Part shown: piece after piece, positions 1 to 21,568 of the stretch | How positions within the stretch are numbered: the stretch's first letter is position 1 | How the letters are laid out: each line of letters opens with the position of its first letter | Origin: Amoebidium appalachense | Lineage: Eukaryota > Protista > Ichthyosporea | Assembly (NCBI GenBank): GCA_963693365.1 | Contig: CAVNZM010000002.1 | Span: forward strand, 14,975,615 to 15,039,614 | DNA: 64,000 bases | Direction: 5' to 3' | The notes under the pieces: generated by a model | Told to the model about the DNA's origin: nothing | The model's database searches: none | What the model saw: only the letters and a program-made list of their open reading frames with translations | Made by a program: the position numbers and the translations under genes

Positions 1-39
1 CGACACAGAGCAACAATGCCCGGTTGCATGGAAGTGAAG

Positions 40-84
<45 letters not shown>

Positions 85-407
85 AGGATCGGATTGTGGT
101 ATGTCTATGCCTGTTTGTGTGCGAGTGCGCAAAGTCAAAGAGGGGTTGTGCTTGCCTGTGAGTGTGTGTCCTGCCAAAGCCGAGAAGGGGGTGGGGTTCT
201 CCAGGTCGGGAGGGGGGAGGAGGTGGGGGGAGGGGGGAGGGAGGGGGGAGGCGGGGGAGGGGGGAGGGGGGATGGGGTGGTGTCCATGGGTTTCTATGTC
301 GGGGAAAGGGGTTGAATTGGCGTGTGTGTTTGTGTGTGAGTATGTGTGTGTGTGTGTGTGTGTGCGTGCGCGTGCACATGTCTGTATGTGTGTGTATGCG
401 ATTGTGT

Positions 408-462
<55 letters not shown>

Positions 463-700
463 TGAATGTGTGAATGTGTGTAAAGGTGTACGTGCATATT
501 TGGAGAGAATGGGCTGGAGTGCGAGGGGAAAAGAGGCAGGGGGGGAGTTGGGGCCAGGGAGGGGGTTGGGGGGGGGGGGTGGGGACGGGAGGTATACAAT
601 ACAGGGTTGGGATGATGGAGGTGGTCACATCAACACTAACAGGGGAGGGCAGGGGGGAGGGGGGGGGGAAGGGTGGCACAGACGATAGAAGCAGAGGTGG

Positions 701-774
<74 letters not shown>

Positions 775-831
775 GGGGCGGGGTGGGGCGGGGGGGGAGG
801 GGGGGGGGGGGGGGGGGGGGGGGGCACGTAC

Positions 832-920
832 CGAATAATTTGGGTCCGGGTTATCGTCAGTCAGCATGACGATTTGGTGCTCGAGAAAACCAAACTTAGT
901 CTGTAGCAGGTACTTCATGC

Positions 921-966
<46 letters not shown>

Positions 967-986
967 CACACACGTGTCTTGTGTGC

Positions 987-1067
<81 letters not shown>

Positions 1068-1462
1068 CACGTGTCTTGTGTGTGTTTGTGTGTTTTGTGT
1101 GTGTGTGTGTATGTATGTGTGTGTAAGTGTACGTGCACGCACATATGTGTGATCTTGCCTGGCAGTTCTTTTTCTTCTCCTCCTCCTCCTTCTTCTTCTT
1201 CTTTTTTTTTTTTTTTTTTTTTTGGGGGGGGGGGGGGGGGGTTATCACATCGGCCTGTGTTCCCCCCCCCCCCCCCCCCCCCTCCTTCCCTCCCCTCCCC
1301 GCCCCCCTCCCTCCCCCTCCCCGGCCCCTCCTCCTCCTCCCCCCCCTCCTGCACTGTCAAGCATCCACAACGAGGCTTGTGTCAATGGGTCAGAGGTACA
1401 GGCGTGTGTGGACGTAGGTGGGGTGCTTACGAAGCGGTTGACCAACTAGTGTGCGTGCGCGC

Positions 1463-1543
<81 letters not shown>

Positions 1544-2901
1544 TGTGTGCGTGGTTGTGTGTGCTACTTGACACCCATTTTCTCACCTTGGCATCATTGA
1601 TGCATCCGCTGAGTTTTGCCGTTGGGTGATTCGTGTAGTTGATCCCGATTAGCACTGCTTTTTTCCTCCCTGAAAGTGGTGGCGGTGGCGGTGGTAGCTG
1701 TGGAATAAATAAAACTCTCAGATTTTAATTTTTAGGTTTCAGTCCGCATTGGACAGAAAGGCATTGGAGCGCTGAACCCTCACATTTTAACAGCGTGTTT
1801 AGATAATCACTGTGTGCATGGAGGTTTCTAGAAGGCTCCACGTAGTACAGAGTGCACGTACACAACAAGACACAAAAGAACACCAAGAACAGCCTACAGA
1901 TAAAACACCCACCCATGCAACCACCCATGCAACTATACATAACACATGAAGCAGATCCCACAGATCAAACACCGGCCAGACACTATACATACCCCATACA
2001 CCACCCACAGACGTAACATCCACCCAGACACTATACATACCCCATGTATATGCAGCAGATACCACAGATAAACATTCACCCAGACACTATACATACCCCA
2101 TGTATATGTAGCAGATACCACAGATAAACATCCACCCAGACACTATACATACCCCAAACATTCCAGGCGGCACCATGTACCCGAGCACAGTTTGTTGTGT
2201 GCCGGGGGAGGAAGGCACAGGGTTATACACCAGGGGTGCCGGTTGTGCCTGTGGGGCCATCGGGGGGGCGTATGGCGGTTGAAAATTCGCATTCTGACTG
2301 GATTTCTCCCACGATGGTACATTAGAACCCCCCGGGGGTTTTGGGGGAGGATACATATTTACGGCCAGTGGTGGCGGTCCGAACGGTTGTGATTCTAAGG
2401 GGTATCCGGGGTTTGGCGGTGGGGGGTAGGTTTGGGTTTGGTGTGGGAGAGGCGGCGGTTGGGCAGGGTTGGAATAGGCGGACGACTGGGGTAGTGGCGG
2501 TGGTTGCGTAACACTGGGCTGTGGGGCGATGGGGAGCGAAAAGGGGGTTAGTGGGCGGGTGTGGGGGTTGGAGGGGGGGGGGGGGGGAGGTTGTGTAGGT
2601 GGCGGAAGAAAGGGCATGCGGGAGGGAGGAGAGGGAGGGGGCCCGGGGGGGGGGGGGGGGGGGGGGGGGGGGAAGAGAGGGGCGCAGAACATGGTTGTTG
2701 TCTGGGCAGGGGGGGGGGGGGGGGGGGGGGGGGGGACGGGGGGGGGGGGCGGGACATTGTATGCATGTGAACACATCCGCGTGCATGTACACAGGCTTCA
2801 GATAGTAAATCGAAACGCAACAAATACATCCACGCTTGTGCCTATTCACAATCATGGAGGCAGCATGGATACCAACAATTTGTATTCGACATTTAAGTAC
2901 T

Positions 2902-2933
<32 letters not shown>

Positions 2934-4049
2934 CCGTCCTTTCCCTCCAAAAACACACAGCCATCAAACCCTAACCTCCCCTTCCCTCCCCACCTGCAAA
3001 AGAACACACACAAACACAACTATGCAAGCACGCACACACGCACACACGGGGGCACGCACGCACGCACACACACAAGCACACCAGGGTTCGAATTCTATTT
3101 TTGAAACTTTGGAGTAGGGTCCAAATTGTTTGGGATTTGCCAAAAAAACTTTGGGAAAAGCGTACGCGTTTGGGAAAATCCTGAGCGAGCACATGTACAA
3201 AAAACCGGTCACAGTCCTCCTCCCCTACCCCATCTTCGCCCCCGGGCCCCATTGACCCACTGTAGTACCCACTCACGGCCCGCATCCCCCCCCCCCCCCC
3301 CCCCCTCCCCTCTCGGCCTCCCCCCCAAAAGGGGTCCCCCCGAGTCCCCGGGCCCCCCGGCCCCGGCCCCGGCCCCCCGCCCTGGGCGCTCCCCTCGGGC
3401 CATGCTCGCCATGCCCCCAATATTCACCCAAGTGCACAGTGCATTTTGCCCACTCGAGTCCCCCTTCCCCCCTCCCCTCCCTCCCCGCCCCCTCCCTCAT
3501 CACCCCCCTTCTCTCTTCTCGAGCCCCCCCCCCCCCCCCCCCCCCCCAAATCCCCCCGGAGGTTCTTTGGGAATCCAGGAAAAATCCCAAACTTTTTTTA
3601 TAGGAATTTCGATCCCTGAAGCACACACACACGGACGCACACACACACAGAGAGAGAGACTGAGTGAGAGAGAGTGTGTGTGTGTGAAGGGGGAGAGGGA
3701 AGATAGGGGGTTTGGGGGGGATAGAGAGAGTGTGTGAGAGAGGAGATATGGAATGTGGGAGGGAGAGGGAGAAATCGACCGAGAGAGAAAGAGAAACAGA
3801 GAAAAAAGATCGATAGAGAGTGTGGCTGAACTTTGGGGGGGGGGGGGGGGGGGGGGGGAGGATAGAGAGAGAGAAGAGGGGGGGGGGGGGGGGGGGGGGG
3901 GGGGAAAGGGGGGCGGGGAGGGAGGGGGGGGGGGGGGGGTGAATGAGTGTGTTCGTGTGTGTGGTGTGAAAGCAAAAAACGACGAGGAGCATGAGACGGT
4001 GTGTCTGTGTGTTGGTTGATGATGGGAAAGCATACAGGTGGGAAAGAAA

Positions 4050-4088
<39 letters not shown>

Positions 4089-4210
4089 GCGTGAATGTGT
4101 GTGTGCGCCCGCGCATGTGTGTGTGTTTGTATGCGTGCATGCATGTGTAGGTGTGTGTGTGCGCGCGAACGTGCGTGCGTGTGTGTGTGTGTGTGTGTGT
4201 GCGTGCGTGT

Positions 4211-4243
<33 letters not shown>

Positions 4244-4917
4244 TCGGAGTGTTTTGGTGTTTTTTTTTGGTAGGTTGGTTTCGGGGGGGGGGGGGGGGGG
4301 GGGGTTCGTTGTTTAATGTGGCAGGTTATTGTGCACACAGAAAATGAAGAGAAAGAAACAAAGAAAAGGCCAAAAAGCAGCCATCAACACTCGTAAACGA
4401 AGCGGTAGTATGCACATACACAGGAAGACTCTTTGTCGGGAGAGGAGGGAGCCTGGGTGGGTGGGTGGGTGGGTGGGTGGGGGGGGGGGAGCACAACAGG
4501 GGAGGGAGGGGGGGGGGGGGGGGCTCAAGCTGCAATTTCACCTGTTGTGATGAAGGTGCCGCCCAACCAGGTTGTGGAGGATAGGGAGGGGGGTAAGCGG
4601 AATCCCCAGACGGGAGTGCAGGGGGATACTGCCCCCCCCCCTGAAGGGGGTGTGGGGGGATATACCCCATTCTGTTGGGGAGGGGGGTAGCCCAACCCAT
4701 CTGCAAATTCGGAGGGTTAGATAGATGACAAATCAATCCTCAGAGCCCACCCCAACCAGCAAAGGAACTTTTAGCCACAGCTGAGAACCCTCAAATCCTC
4801 CTTGCATAGTCCCCACCTTAAACCACCCACAAACCAAAGGGCATATACGCTCACTCCCTTGCCCTCTTCCTTCCCCCCCCCCCTGCCCCCCCCTCCCTCT
4901 TCCTCCCGCAAGCACAC

Positions 4918-4984
<67 letters not shown>

Positions 4985-5080
4985 AAGACACATGCAGGCA
5001 TGCGAGCACATGCACACAAGCACACGCAGAGAGAGAGAGGGAGGGGGGGAAGGGGGGGGGGAGGGGAGGGAGGGAGGGAG

Positions 5081-5174
<94 letters not shown>

Positions 5175-5905
5175 CACACACACACGAGAGCGCTATTTGT
5201 TTCCGTTTTCTTAGATCCCGCCTGTTTCATACTCAATTTTGCATGTGGACCAGAAACTCACACACATACACACACAGACACAGACACACACACACACACA
5301 CACACACACCATACATGCTCACCCCCAGGCCCCCTATTTCTCACACACACTCACAAGCACACAGGCACACACACAAGGCTTCTCTCGCACTTGGGCACAC
5401 ATAAATTAGACAACAATTCTTGCTTTTCCTCTCCCTATAACAAACACACAACAGAGTCAAGAACCATCCATACGAACAGCGTCTCATTGTCGTCCACCTT
5501 CCTCCTCCCTCCCCTCCCCCCCCCCCCCCCCCCCCCCCCCCCGAAAACGACCACCACCAACACCACCACTACCACTACGACCACTACCACCACCATTGCC
5601 AACCCCCGATCCACCACTCGGCAACCAGAACACGCAGGCACACACACCGTGGCACCCCAAACACACCTACCTGGGTTGGTGAACCCCATCATTTGGCCTG
5701 GAGAGTGAGCCACTACTGCCAGTAAGGTCTACGATGCTACTTGGCTATTTACTATAAGCTCTAAACCTCATTTGTCGCTACTAACTCTTCATATCCGTGT
5801 GCCGAAAGGAAGCACAGTCACAAAAATAGTACAATTTTGTTCTCTTCTCGCCAACAAAATATAACCTCCTCGGTTTGGTTATCAGTAGCCGTTGTTACTC
5901 ACCAT
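832..5905 (-). CDS. Type I metacaspase (peptidase C14B) with Pro-rich prodomain; partial, the 3' part lies off the left edge of the window
   Basis: Phase-0 GT-AG exons on minus: 4700-4542 (MGWATPLPNRMGYIPP...), 2518-2153 (Pro/Gln/Tyr-rich), 1697-1587 (LPPPPPPLSGRKKAVLIGINYTNHPTAKLSGCINDAK), 921-832 (CMKYLLQTKFGFLEHQIVMLTDDNPDPNYS). KAVLIGINY..L.GCIND..M....LTDD is the start of the metacaspase p20 domain. Tentative 5' exons: ATG-only exon 5905-5903 (ATG|GTGAGT) and 5744-5671. Catalytic His/Cys exons were not found in the window. Confidence 0.8.
1977..2155. repeat. Tandem repeat (48-56 bp unit, 4 copies) containing the metacaspase 5' splice donor
   Basis: cagacactatacatacccc recurs at 1977, 2025, 2081 and 2137; on minus each copy reads GGG|GTATGT. 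Confidence 0.85.
5084..5171. repeat. (AG)n microsatellite
   Basis: Uninterrupted agagag run; representative of dozens of (CA)n/(GA)n/poly-G/poly-C tracts across the window. Confidence 0.95.
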
Positions 5906-8073
5906 GTTGTTACAAGCACCTTCAGTTTCTTAGTTGTGGTTAGTAGAAGCTACAGTTTCTGCGTTTCCAAAAGGTTAACATGGATCTAATCTCAGTGAGC
6001 CTGGGATCTTTTTAAGCATCGCAAACGGATAATCAAATATGTGCTTAACTATACCCATGAAGGTGTTTCTAGATGGCCGTGACCCATGAAACAACTGAGA
6101 AAATCTTATACACCTCAGTTCATCTCACGAAATTTTAGAACGAACATCTAAGTACGCTCACGCGAGTCGTGTCATGGCTGTGACTCAGCTCTAGTACATA
6201 AATCATACATTTACCAAGGCCTCCTACATAGCACTTCATTACGCCACGGCCACGCGGACTCGAGCTCCAACCGGAGCCAGATTGCAGTGGGCGAGCTCCA
6301 ACTGGCGCCCGATTGCAGTGGGCGGTTGCCGAATTTGTCCGCCTGACTCTTAGAGGCCAAAAATTACACGCGTAAATTATGATTAAATAGACCTACAAGT
6401 TAAATTATAACTGTTACTTTGATTGGCACATCATGAAATGAATGCAACTTACGACTAGACGCATTCTTCCGATGTTGGTGGAATGTCAGGTTTCAGAAGC
6501 ATCTAGTCACGGCTCTTTTTCTCCAGAGGGCCGTCAGGCCGTGATTAGTCACGAGTGCCTCAAGCAGCACGGCTTTAAGGTGTAAAAGCCTCTCTAAATC
6601 CTGCCACCTACTGAGATGGCTCCTTATTTTTCCTTACACATTCAGCGAACACTGGACTCTATCGAACCGTCGAGGCGCCGCTACAGAAAGCATGCTCGCG
6701 GTCGCGAGAGTGTAAGGAAAAACCGGAGTGCACCCGCCTGCAGCGAATGTAAAGTTCATCGCAGCGCGTGCACACCGTCAGTACGTGTGAGCTCTAAATC
6801 TTAGCGAAAGTGGGAAGGCAGCGTTTCTAAATAGTGCTTTACTTGTAGAGGCATCAGCCATTCGTTCATTCCGAATGCAAGACGCCATCTATAGCTAATT
6901 AGGCCCCAGGCTTTCTAACGGACTACAATAAATAAATAGCTACCCTTTGTCTCCCTTCTCCTTTTTGCACACCCGGCGTTTCTTTTATCTTCCTGCTTCA
7001 GCCGTTTCCAAGCTTCTATCTTCCGAATTTTGCTGTCGACAACTGGATGGTATGAGTTTCGTTGGGGAACACGGCCAGCTGGTGTGCGAAGCATGCTTGA
7101 ATTGCTGGCATTCCAGCACGATCGCATTACTAGTACTTGAGAGAGGAACAATAAGGGCTTTCGCTTAGGAGAGGCAAAAAGCTTGATGTTGTTTGTCTTT
7201 CAAGGGCGACTAGTGCTTGAATCCATAAAGCACAATTGTACAAACCAGGCTTTACCATTCTCAAATGCTGGTGTGTGCAGTATTATGGTGGTGATATCGC
7301 GTGTACCTGGGTGATGTCGCGTGCTATCCTTTCGATCTCTTTGCTCGTTATGTCCCATGTACTGTCGACTAAAGCACACTTGGTGTTTGTTCGCTCTGAA
7401 ACTGTGACTCCTCGTGCATGTGCATGCCACAGAGTGTCGAAAGAGCCTAGCCGGTTCCGCGCTCACAAGCAAGGTGCATGGGCATTGCACACCCACCTAA
7501 GGTTATCTGCCATGACTCACACGAGACGTCTGGAGGTCTAAATCTTCTTGAACAAGACTCCCGGAGGGACCTTTGGGTCACGGCACGGCCCTCTTTTTTC
7601 AGAGGGCCGTGGTCACGGTCAACGGTGGTCGGCTTGGGCCGTCACCGCGCTGCCAGTCGTGCGCTGCCGCTTGCTGCCCCCTGCCGTTTGGTTCCCCCTT
7701 GACTAATCTTGGTGCATATTTAGCCATTAATGGCTAGTGTTCAAAATAGGAGCCAATAAAGTCACGATCCGCACAGGTTGGTCGAGGGAGATTTGTCGGA
7801 CATCTCGCCAGGGCTCACTTCGTTCACTGACTGTTCAGTGATCACTGACCGTCAGTGCACCAAGGCCTCCCACAGAGGCCTTGCAGTACACTGAGTCCAG
7901 CCTGACTCCAACATGTACAAGGGACACAACACCAATCAAACGCTTTAGTGCCCATGCATGAAAACTCACATGATAAATAGAAAGACTTGGTAGTGACCGA
8001 TAAGCTGTAACCGTATGAAAGACGCCTCGGCTCAAAGATACCAATTCAACTGACACTTAGGACACTCCGAGCC

Positions 8074-9367
8074 ATGTCTGCACACATTAGACTGGCAACA
8101 TGTGCATTCCTTTTGTGCACAAGCTGCCCCTCCTTCTCACTTCCACTAGAATCCGTTCCCCCTTCTCTATTTTCTCCTCCTGTCGTCTCTTTTAAAAGTG
8201 TAGCTTTTAGTAATGGGAGAAAAGACACACACGCCGTTCTTACACCCGCAGAACTCCTCCAAGCAGCAGCGAATGTAGCCGAACAAGAAAAATGCAGTCA
8301 AGGGGGGTGGTTCTGAAGAGGTGGGGGTATTAGAGGCGGGGAGAAAGTTGGTTGCAGCGGCTGACAGTGCCTTAAAAGCGTTGGTTTTGCCTCCGAAAAT
8401 CACAAACACAACCACGGCCCCTGCTGGTGGTTTAGTTGTCACGAGGAATGACGGAAAAGTGGTTGAAACGGGAGAAACGAAAACCGGAATGTCGGTGGTT
8501 GAAGAGGGTGTATCACAGAGTAACGAAGGTAATGTTGGGGAATTTGGAGTAGGGAATGACGGTAAGACATTGGAAGCTAATAATGGGGAATTGGAAGGGG
8601 GAGGAATAGCTGTGAGTGTTGAGGGAATGAACAGTGGAAAAAGCAACGAGAAAGGGGAGAAGGAGCAGGATGAAAACGCAGCTGCAGAAATTGATTATTT
8701 CGACGGGGCAGACTCACAGGAGGCGCTGCATGAACCGGTGATTGAAACAGATACAAAGAAAAGTGAGGTGGTTTTAGTAAAAGCAGAAGGTGAAAATACA
8801 GGAGAAAAGAAGGATATTGTAAATGTGGGGATCGAGAGTGTGGAGAAACACATGGGAGAAGGGGATAGGGTTGTGGGTATGGTGAGTGAGATGAAGGAGG
8901 AAACGGTTGCACTAGCACACCCAAACCCAGCGGCAGCTGAAAAAAGACAACAGGGTAATGAAGAAGGAAAGGACGAGATGGGGAAGGGTGTCAACTTGAG
9001 AACAGACGATGTTCTGAAAAATGTTGTCGGGGGACAAGAAAACGCACACAACGAGGAGTCTTTCGAAGGGTTAATGCACGACGCGGAACATGGGAGCCCG
9101 GAATGGGAAAGGGAGAAGGTTTTGATAGAGAAAGCAGAAGTGCCACTACAGCAGGAAAACACGGTCCAGCGCCCGAAACTGAAAACTCAGGTTCTTACGG
9201 AGGAGTATCTGATGGATGCGGCACAAAGCCAGCCAGATGGTGGGCGTGTGTCTTGGGCTATGATTGGGGTGGTGGTGACCGTTATCATATTTTTTGTCAC
9301 GATTAGAACAAGGAGGTATACTAGAAGGGCAAGCATGTTTGGCAAGCATAGAGGGTCGCTGTACTGA
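8074..9367 (+). CDS. Hypothetical single-pass type I membrane protein (about 430 aa), interrupted by a 1-nt frameshift at about 8288-8307
   Basis: ORF 8074-8316 starts with a signal-peptide-like MSAHIRLATCAFLLCTSCPSFSLP. The frame of ORF 8321-9367 is open from 8279 and gives an acidic E/G/N/K-rich ectodomain, a TM segment WAMIGVVVTVIIFFVTI and a basic tail RTRRYTRRASMFGKHRGSLY. Removing one A from the A5 run at 8288-8292 fuses them (EQENAVKGGGSEEVGV). Confidence 0.7.
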
Positions 9368-9456
9368 ACGGTATGGTTGTTGAACATGTTTTGAACTGTT
9401 CGAGTGTATGACTAATGGAAAGGGGTTGGTGGTGATGGTGGTGGTGGTGTGTGTGT

Positions 9457-9487
<31 letters not shown>

Positions 9488-10257
9488 GAGGGGAGGGGGG
9501 GGGGGGGGGGGGGGGAGGGAAGGGGGAGCGGTGGGGGGGTGAGGGAGGCAGAGTTGTATACAGCATATCAGCAGGTTGTAAGCTCTATGTGCTTGCCCTC
9601 AGATATTGAGTTCTCTTCCAACCCACGGTTTAGATTGTGTGAGGGTTTGTTTCCATCCGTATTTTTAATGAAACACCTAGATGAGATGTGCTGTTACAGT
9701 GTTTTGCAGTGTTTTTGTTGTTTCCAGCTGATGCTTTTGCAACCTGTATATGGTTTTGAAAGCCCACTCCTTGAGCATTCGTGGTTTTTGAGAATGTGTA
9801 TGTGATGAGAGTACGATACGGGTATAGAACTTAGGACAAACACGTAGCCGTGAGACACTGCCATACACACACGTACACACACCACTCCCGTGGTCACAGT
9901 GTTTTATATATATATGGCTGTGTTTGTGGAAATATGGAGAGACAGCTGGTCGAGTCATTGTTTGTAGAGCACTGATGTGCTGTTTGGTCTCAACCTTCGA
10001 AAGTATATGATTAATAACCAGAGAAGAATTCAACACTGTCCTTTGCCTTCAGACCTTAAACACACGAATCCCATGTAAACGAAAAGAAAACCGTTATTCA
10101 GACTTCAGACGTTCCCAAACATGGCACATAGTTTGTAGTTAACGTTTACGGCAATCATATAGATATACCAAATGATAAGGACATGGTGCGGTGAAGACCA
10201 AACAATTTCATGTGTATGTATGTGAGAGGTTTGAACAGTTGAATTGCCGGGCACGGA

Positions 10258-10293
<36 letters not shown>

Positions 10294-10365
10294 ACACACA
10301 CACACACCCCTCTCTCTCTCGAGCTCCCAAACTTGTTTTCACCATGCATATGGTCATCCATGTGC

Positions 10366-10401
<36 letters not shown>

Positions 10402-10907
10402 ACACACGCACGCACAAACATGCAACACTATACCATGCTATGATGCATTGGATTATGGCACTGTGGCTTGCAAACCCAGAGTATACATCTCAAGTACACC
10501 TGCGGACGGTGCACACGTACGCCTAAACACACCCACGTCCAATCCCATGCGTACTGCTGTACACCCAGTGCGAGAGCGTGCACACATCATAAAGCGTTTA
10601 GTCGGTGTATGCGTGTACATGCTAACACATGTGCCTGAGAGCACGTGCACAATATACACAGACAAACAACTTCTTGTGGCAACCTCATAGCATATATATC
10701 AAAACTACACTGTATGATAACCATGCTAATCAAATGATCGCTACACATTTAATTCACTATGGGCCCTCTTGTGTCCGTTTCTCCATATCCCCCCCCCCCC
10801 CCCCCCCCCCTCCCCCCCTTTCCCCCTCTTTCTCCCGGCGCTCACAGCTTCCCCCTTCCCTGACCTCTGCGCGCACACACACACACCATGGCACATCTGC
10901 ACGCGCG

Positions 10908-10959
<52 letters not shown>

Positions 10960-11075
10960 GACACACACACACACACACGTCACACACACACGCACACACA
11001 CACACGCGCGCGCGCGCGCACGCGCGCGCGCGCGCACACACACACACACATGCAAACACAACCGTTCCCACACAG

Positions 11076-11436
11076 GTGGGAAGGGAAATGCGAAAGTCAA
11101 GTACCAGGCGCTTGAAAAAGAGCTGCATCGACTGTATAGGCGGCGGCGGGACGACAAGGCACGGGTTACCTCGTTGTGGCTTCGCACAAAGGCACTCAAA
11201 CTCGCTACGCACATGCTCACGAAAGAAGAGTATAGCAAGTTTAAAGCGTCTGAGAAATGGCTGTGCAACTTCTGCCGCCGGTACAAAATGGGCAAGCGCC
11301 GGAAAACAAACGCTAAGGGAAAGTCGATCGTAGAACGCCTTCCCACCATCCAGGCGTATCACACTCGTTTAGCGAAGCTAATCAGTTCGTTTCGGAGCAA
11401 AGAAGACGAAGAGCGGCCTCGAGACAAGTTGACCAG
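11076..11436 (+). mobile_element. CENP-B/Tc5 (pogo-like) transposase HTH DNA-binding domain exon; relic or domesticated fragment
   Basis: YQALEKELHRLYRRRRDDKARVTSLWLRTKALKLA...FKASEKWLCNFCRRYKMGKRRKTN matches the HTH_Tnp_Tc5 pattern (LE..L......R.....V....L...A...FKAS.GWL..F..R....RR.T). Bounded by cacag| and |gtatgc. No DDE exon or TIRs recognised nearby. Confidence 0.75.
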
Positions 11437-11529
11437 GTATGCCATACTCTTCAGCTTGCACACACAATTGTAGAATTCTCGACTCCAACCCCCCCCCCCC
11501 CCCCCCCCCCCCCCCCAAACGCTCTCCCC

Positions 11530-11566
<37 letters not shown>

Positions 11567-13153
11567 CCCCCCCTCCCTTTCTCCCCACCATTTGAGTAAG
11601 TGATGCTTTCTCATGTTTGCGGAGACCACATGCAGGAACGTTTAAGCTCTGTGATTATAAAACATTGAAAAATAACTCCCAATTGTTAAAGTGTGAAGAA
11701 GGCATTGTTCAGGCTGTATTGAAAGTGCTTGCTTGTACCAATGATTACGTATACATACATACAAATCCGAACTTACTTTAATGTTTCTTACCCAGTTGGG
11801 TGGCGGGTAGCTGCCGCGGGGAGGGGGGGGGAGGGGGGGGGGGGGGGGGGGGGGGGCTTTACATAATCGAGACGGGCTCTGGAAGCCCAAAAAAAAACAC
11901 TAATAAAAAGTTAACATAACGACCACGACCCTTGTCGGCGCGGTATGTTATACGCGGACGGACACTGTATATATCGATCCTCTTCTTTAATTACCCTCCC
12001 CCTAGGCATCCTTCCCCCCCTGTCTTCCTTTCATCTGCCCCGAGCCTGCCGGGGCGAAAGCAGCCCCCCTGTTGCGAGCCTATCCGCTTACTCAACAAGC
12101 ATAATACTCCACCAATTGCAAGACACATGTCTCAGACTGCGGTCTACCCATGAAGTCTCTTACTGTGGTCACCAATAGTTTCCAAGGCTATGTGCCCGCT
12201 GGCTTATGTAAGTGGCTGGGCCCTACTACGCTGCGGGACAATAAAAAAAAAAAAAGAAAGAAAGAAAAAGAGGCCGCAGGGAGACAGCACTCTGCAGGCA
12301 GAGTGACTACCGTAGGCTGTAGGTCACCGTCGGCGAGTCAGCCTCGGGCCTGGGACTGCAGGCGGCAGACCCGGTTGGATCTATTCAATCTATTTGAATA
12401 CATTTAAAGATATTTATGGAAACGATTGGTTCGTGTGTTTCTTTTTAGGCCTATAGGATCATGAGTGGCTAAGAGGCATTCCTTTCTGTTCGAAGGCCTC
12501 CACAGTGCGCACTACCGGGTCAAAGAAGAGTCTCCCCCGCGGAGCTGTATCGTAGTTGTAACTTCGTACAGATGCCCTCCACCTCACCTTATAACGTGTA
12601 CGTGTGCGTTCAAGTGAAACACAAACATAGGGACATAAGCTCACCACCACAAACATACACACAAGGACCTAGCCTTTTTTTTTTTTTGGCATCTTCCAGT
12701 GAGCCCTAGCCGGTTTGCCTTTCAGCTGGTCATCAACTCTGTTTCCTTCTTCACCTTCATTCCTTCTCCTCGGAGAATTTGTTTGCCCCCTTCATCCCCC
12801 CCGACCTCCGCTTCCCCCGTGGTTATTCTCTGTCACTTTTTTTGTCCCCTAATTCTCCCTACATGGTTTCCTGCTTAGCCTCTTTTACCGTTCATGTTGC
12901 CTGAGCTGGGGCATACAAATTTGCAACTGCTTCGTCTTACGTGCTCCATACCCAACTGGATACACCAACACACACAGCACACATGCACACAATTATGCAC
13001 ACATAATAGCCACATACCCATGCACCCACCCAACCATCCCTTAACATATTTACACACACACACACATACAAACACACACGCACACACCCATCACAGACGA
13101 GAACAATCACATTTTGACACACACATGTGGGATGTCATTTCTTAGTGCTAGCT

Positions 13154-21368
<8,215 letters not shown>

Positions 21369-21378
<10 letters not shown>

Positions 21379-21568
21379 AAGGTACATTTCCTAATATGGA
21401 GGGTCCCCAGTGCCAATTATGGAATGGGCACTGCAATATATAGAAGGTAACGTGCTAAATTTAGAATGTACAGTGCCATATATAGAAGGCAAATTACCAA
21501 ATATAGAAGGTACATTGCCATATATAGAAGGTGAGGTACCAAATATGGAAGATGAATCTATATAAGGT
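21369..21568. repeat. Degenerate 21-22 bp minisatellite (ccaaatatagaaggtacattg) of CArG-like motifs starting at the stop codon of the calpain-III gene
   Basis: About 9 degenerate units; perfect CC(A/T)6GG at 21390, 21413 and 21539; CC(A/T)6AG variants at 21369, 21476, 21497 and 21518. Confidence 0.75.

Noticed and set aside
2690-2800. Possible LSD1-type zinc finger (FTCIQCP) in the metacaspase prodomain
   Set aside because: Only one CxxC, with no supported donor site.
3095-3620. Gly/Pro-rich ORFs and a GTGAGT donor within the metacaspase locus
   Set aside because: The sequence looks like a homopolymer-inflated, low-quality consensus; no phase-consistent exon could be supported.
6915-7702. 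Short ORFs in non-repetitive DNA between the metacaspase and the membrane gene
   Set aside because: No recognisable motifs or consistent coding frame.
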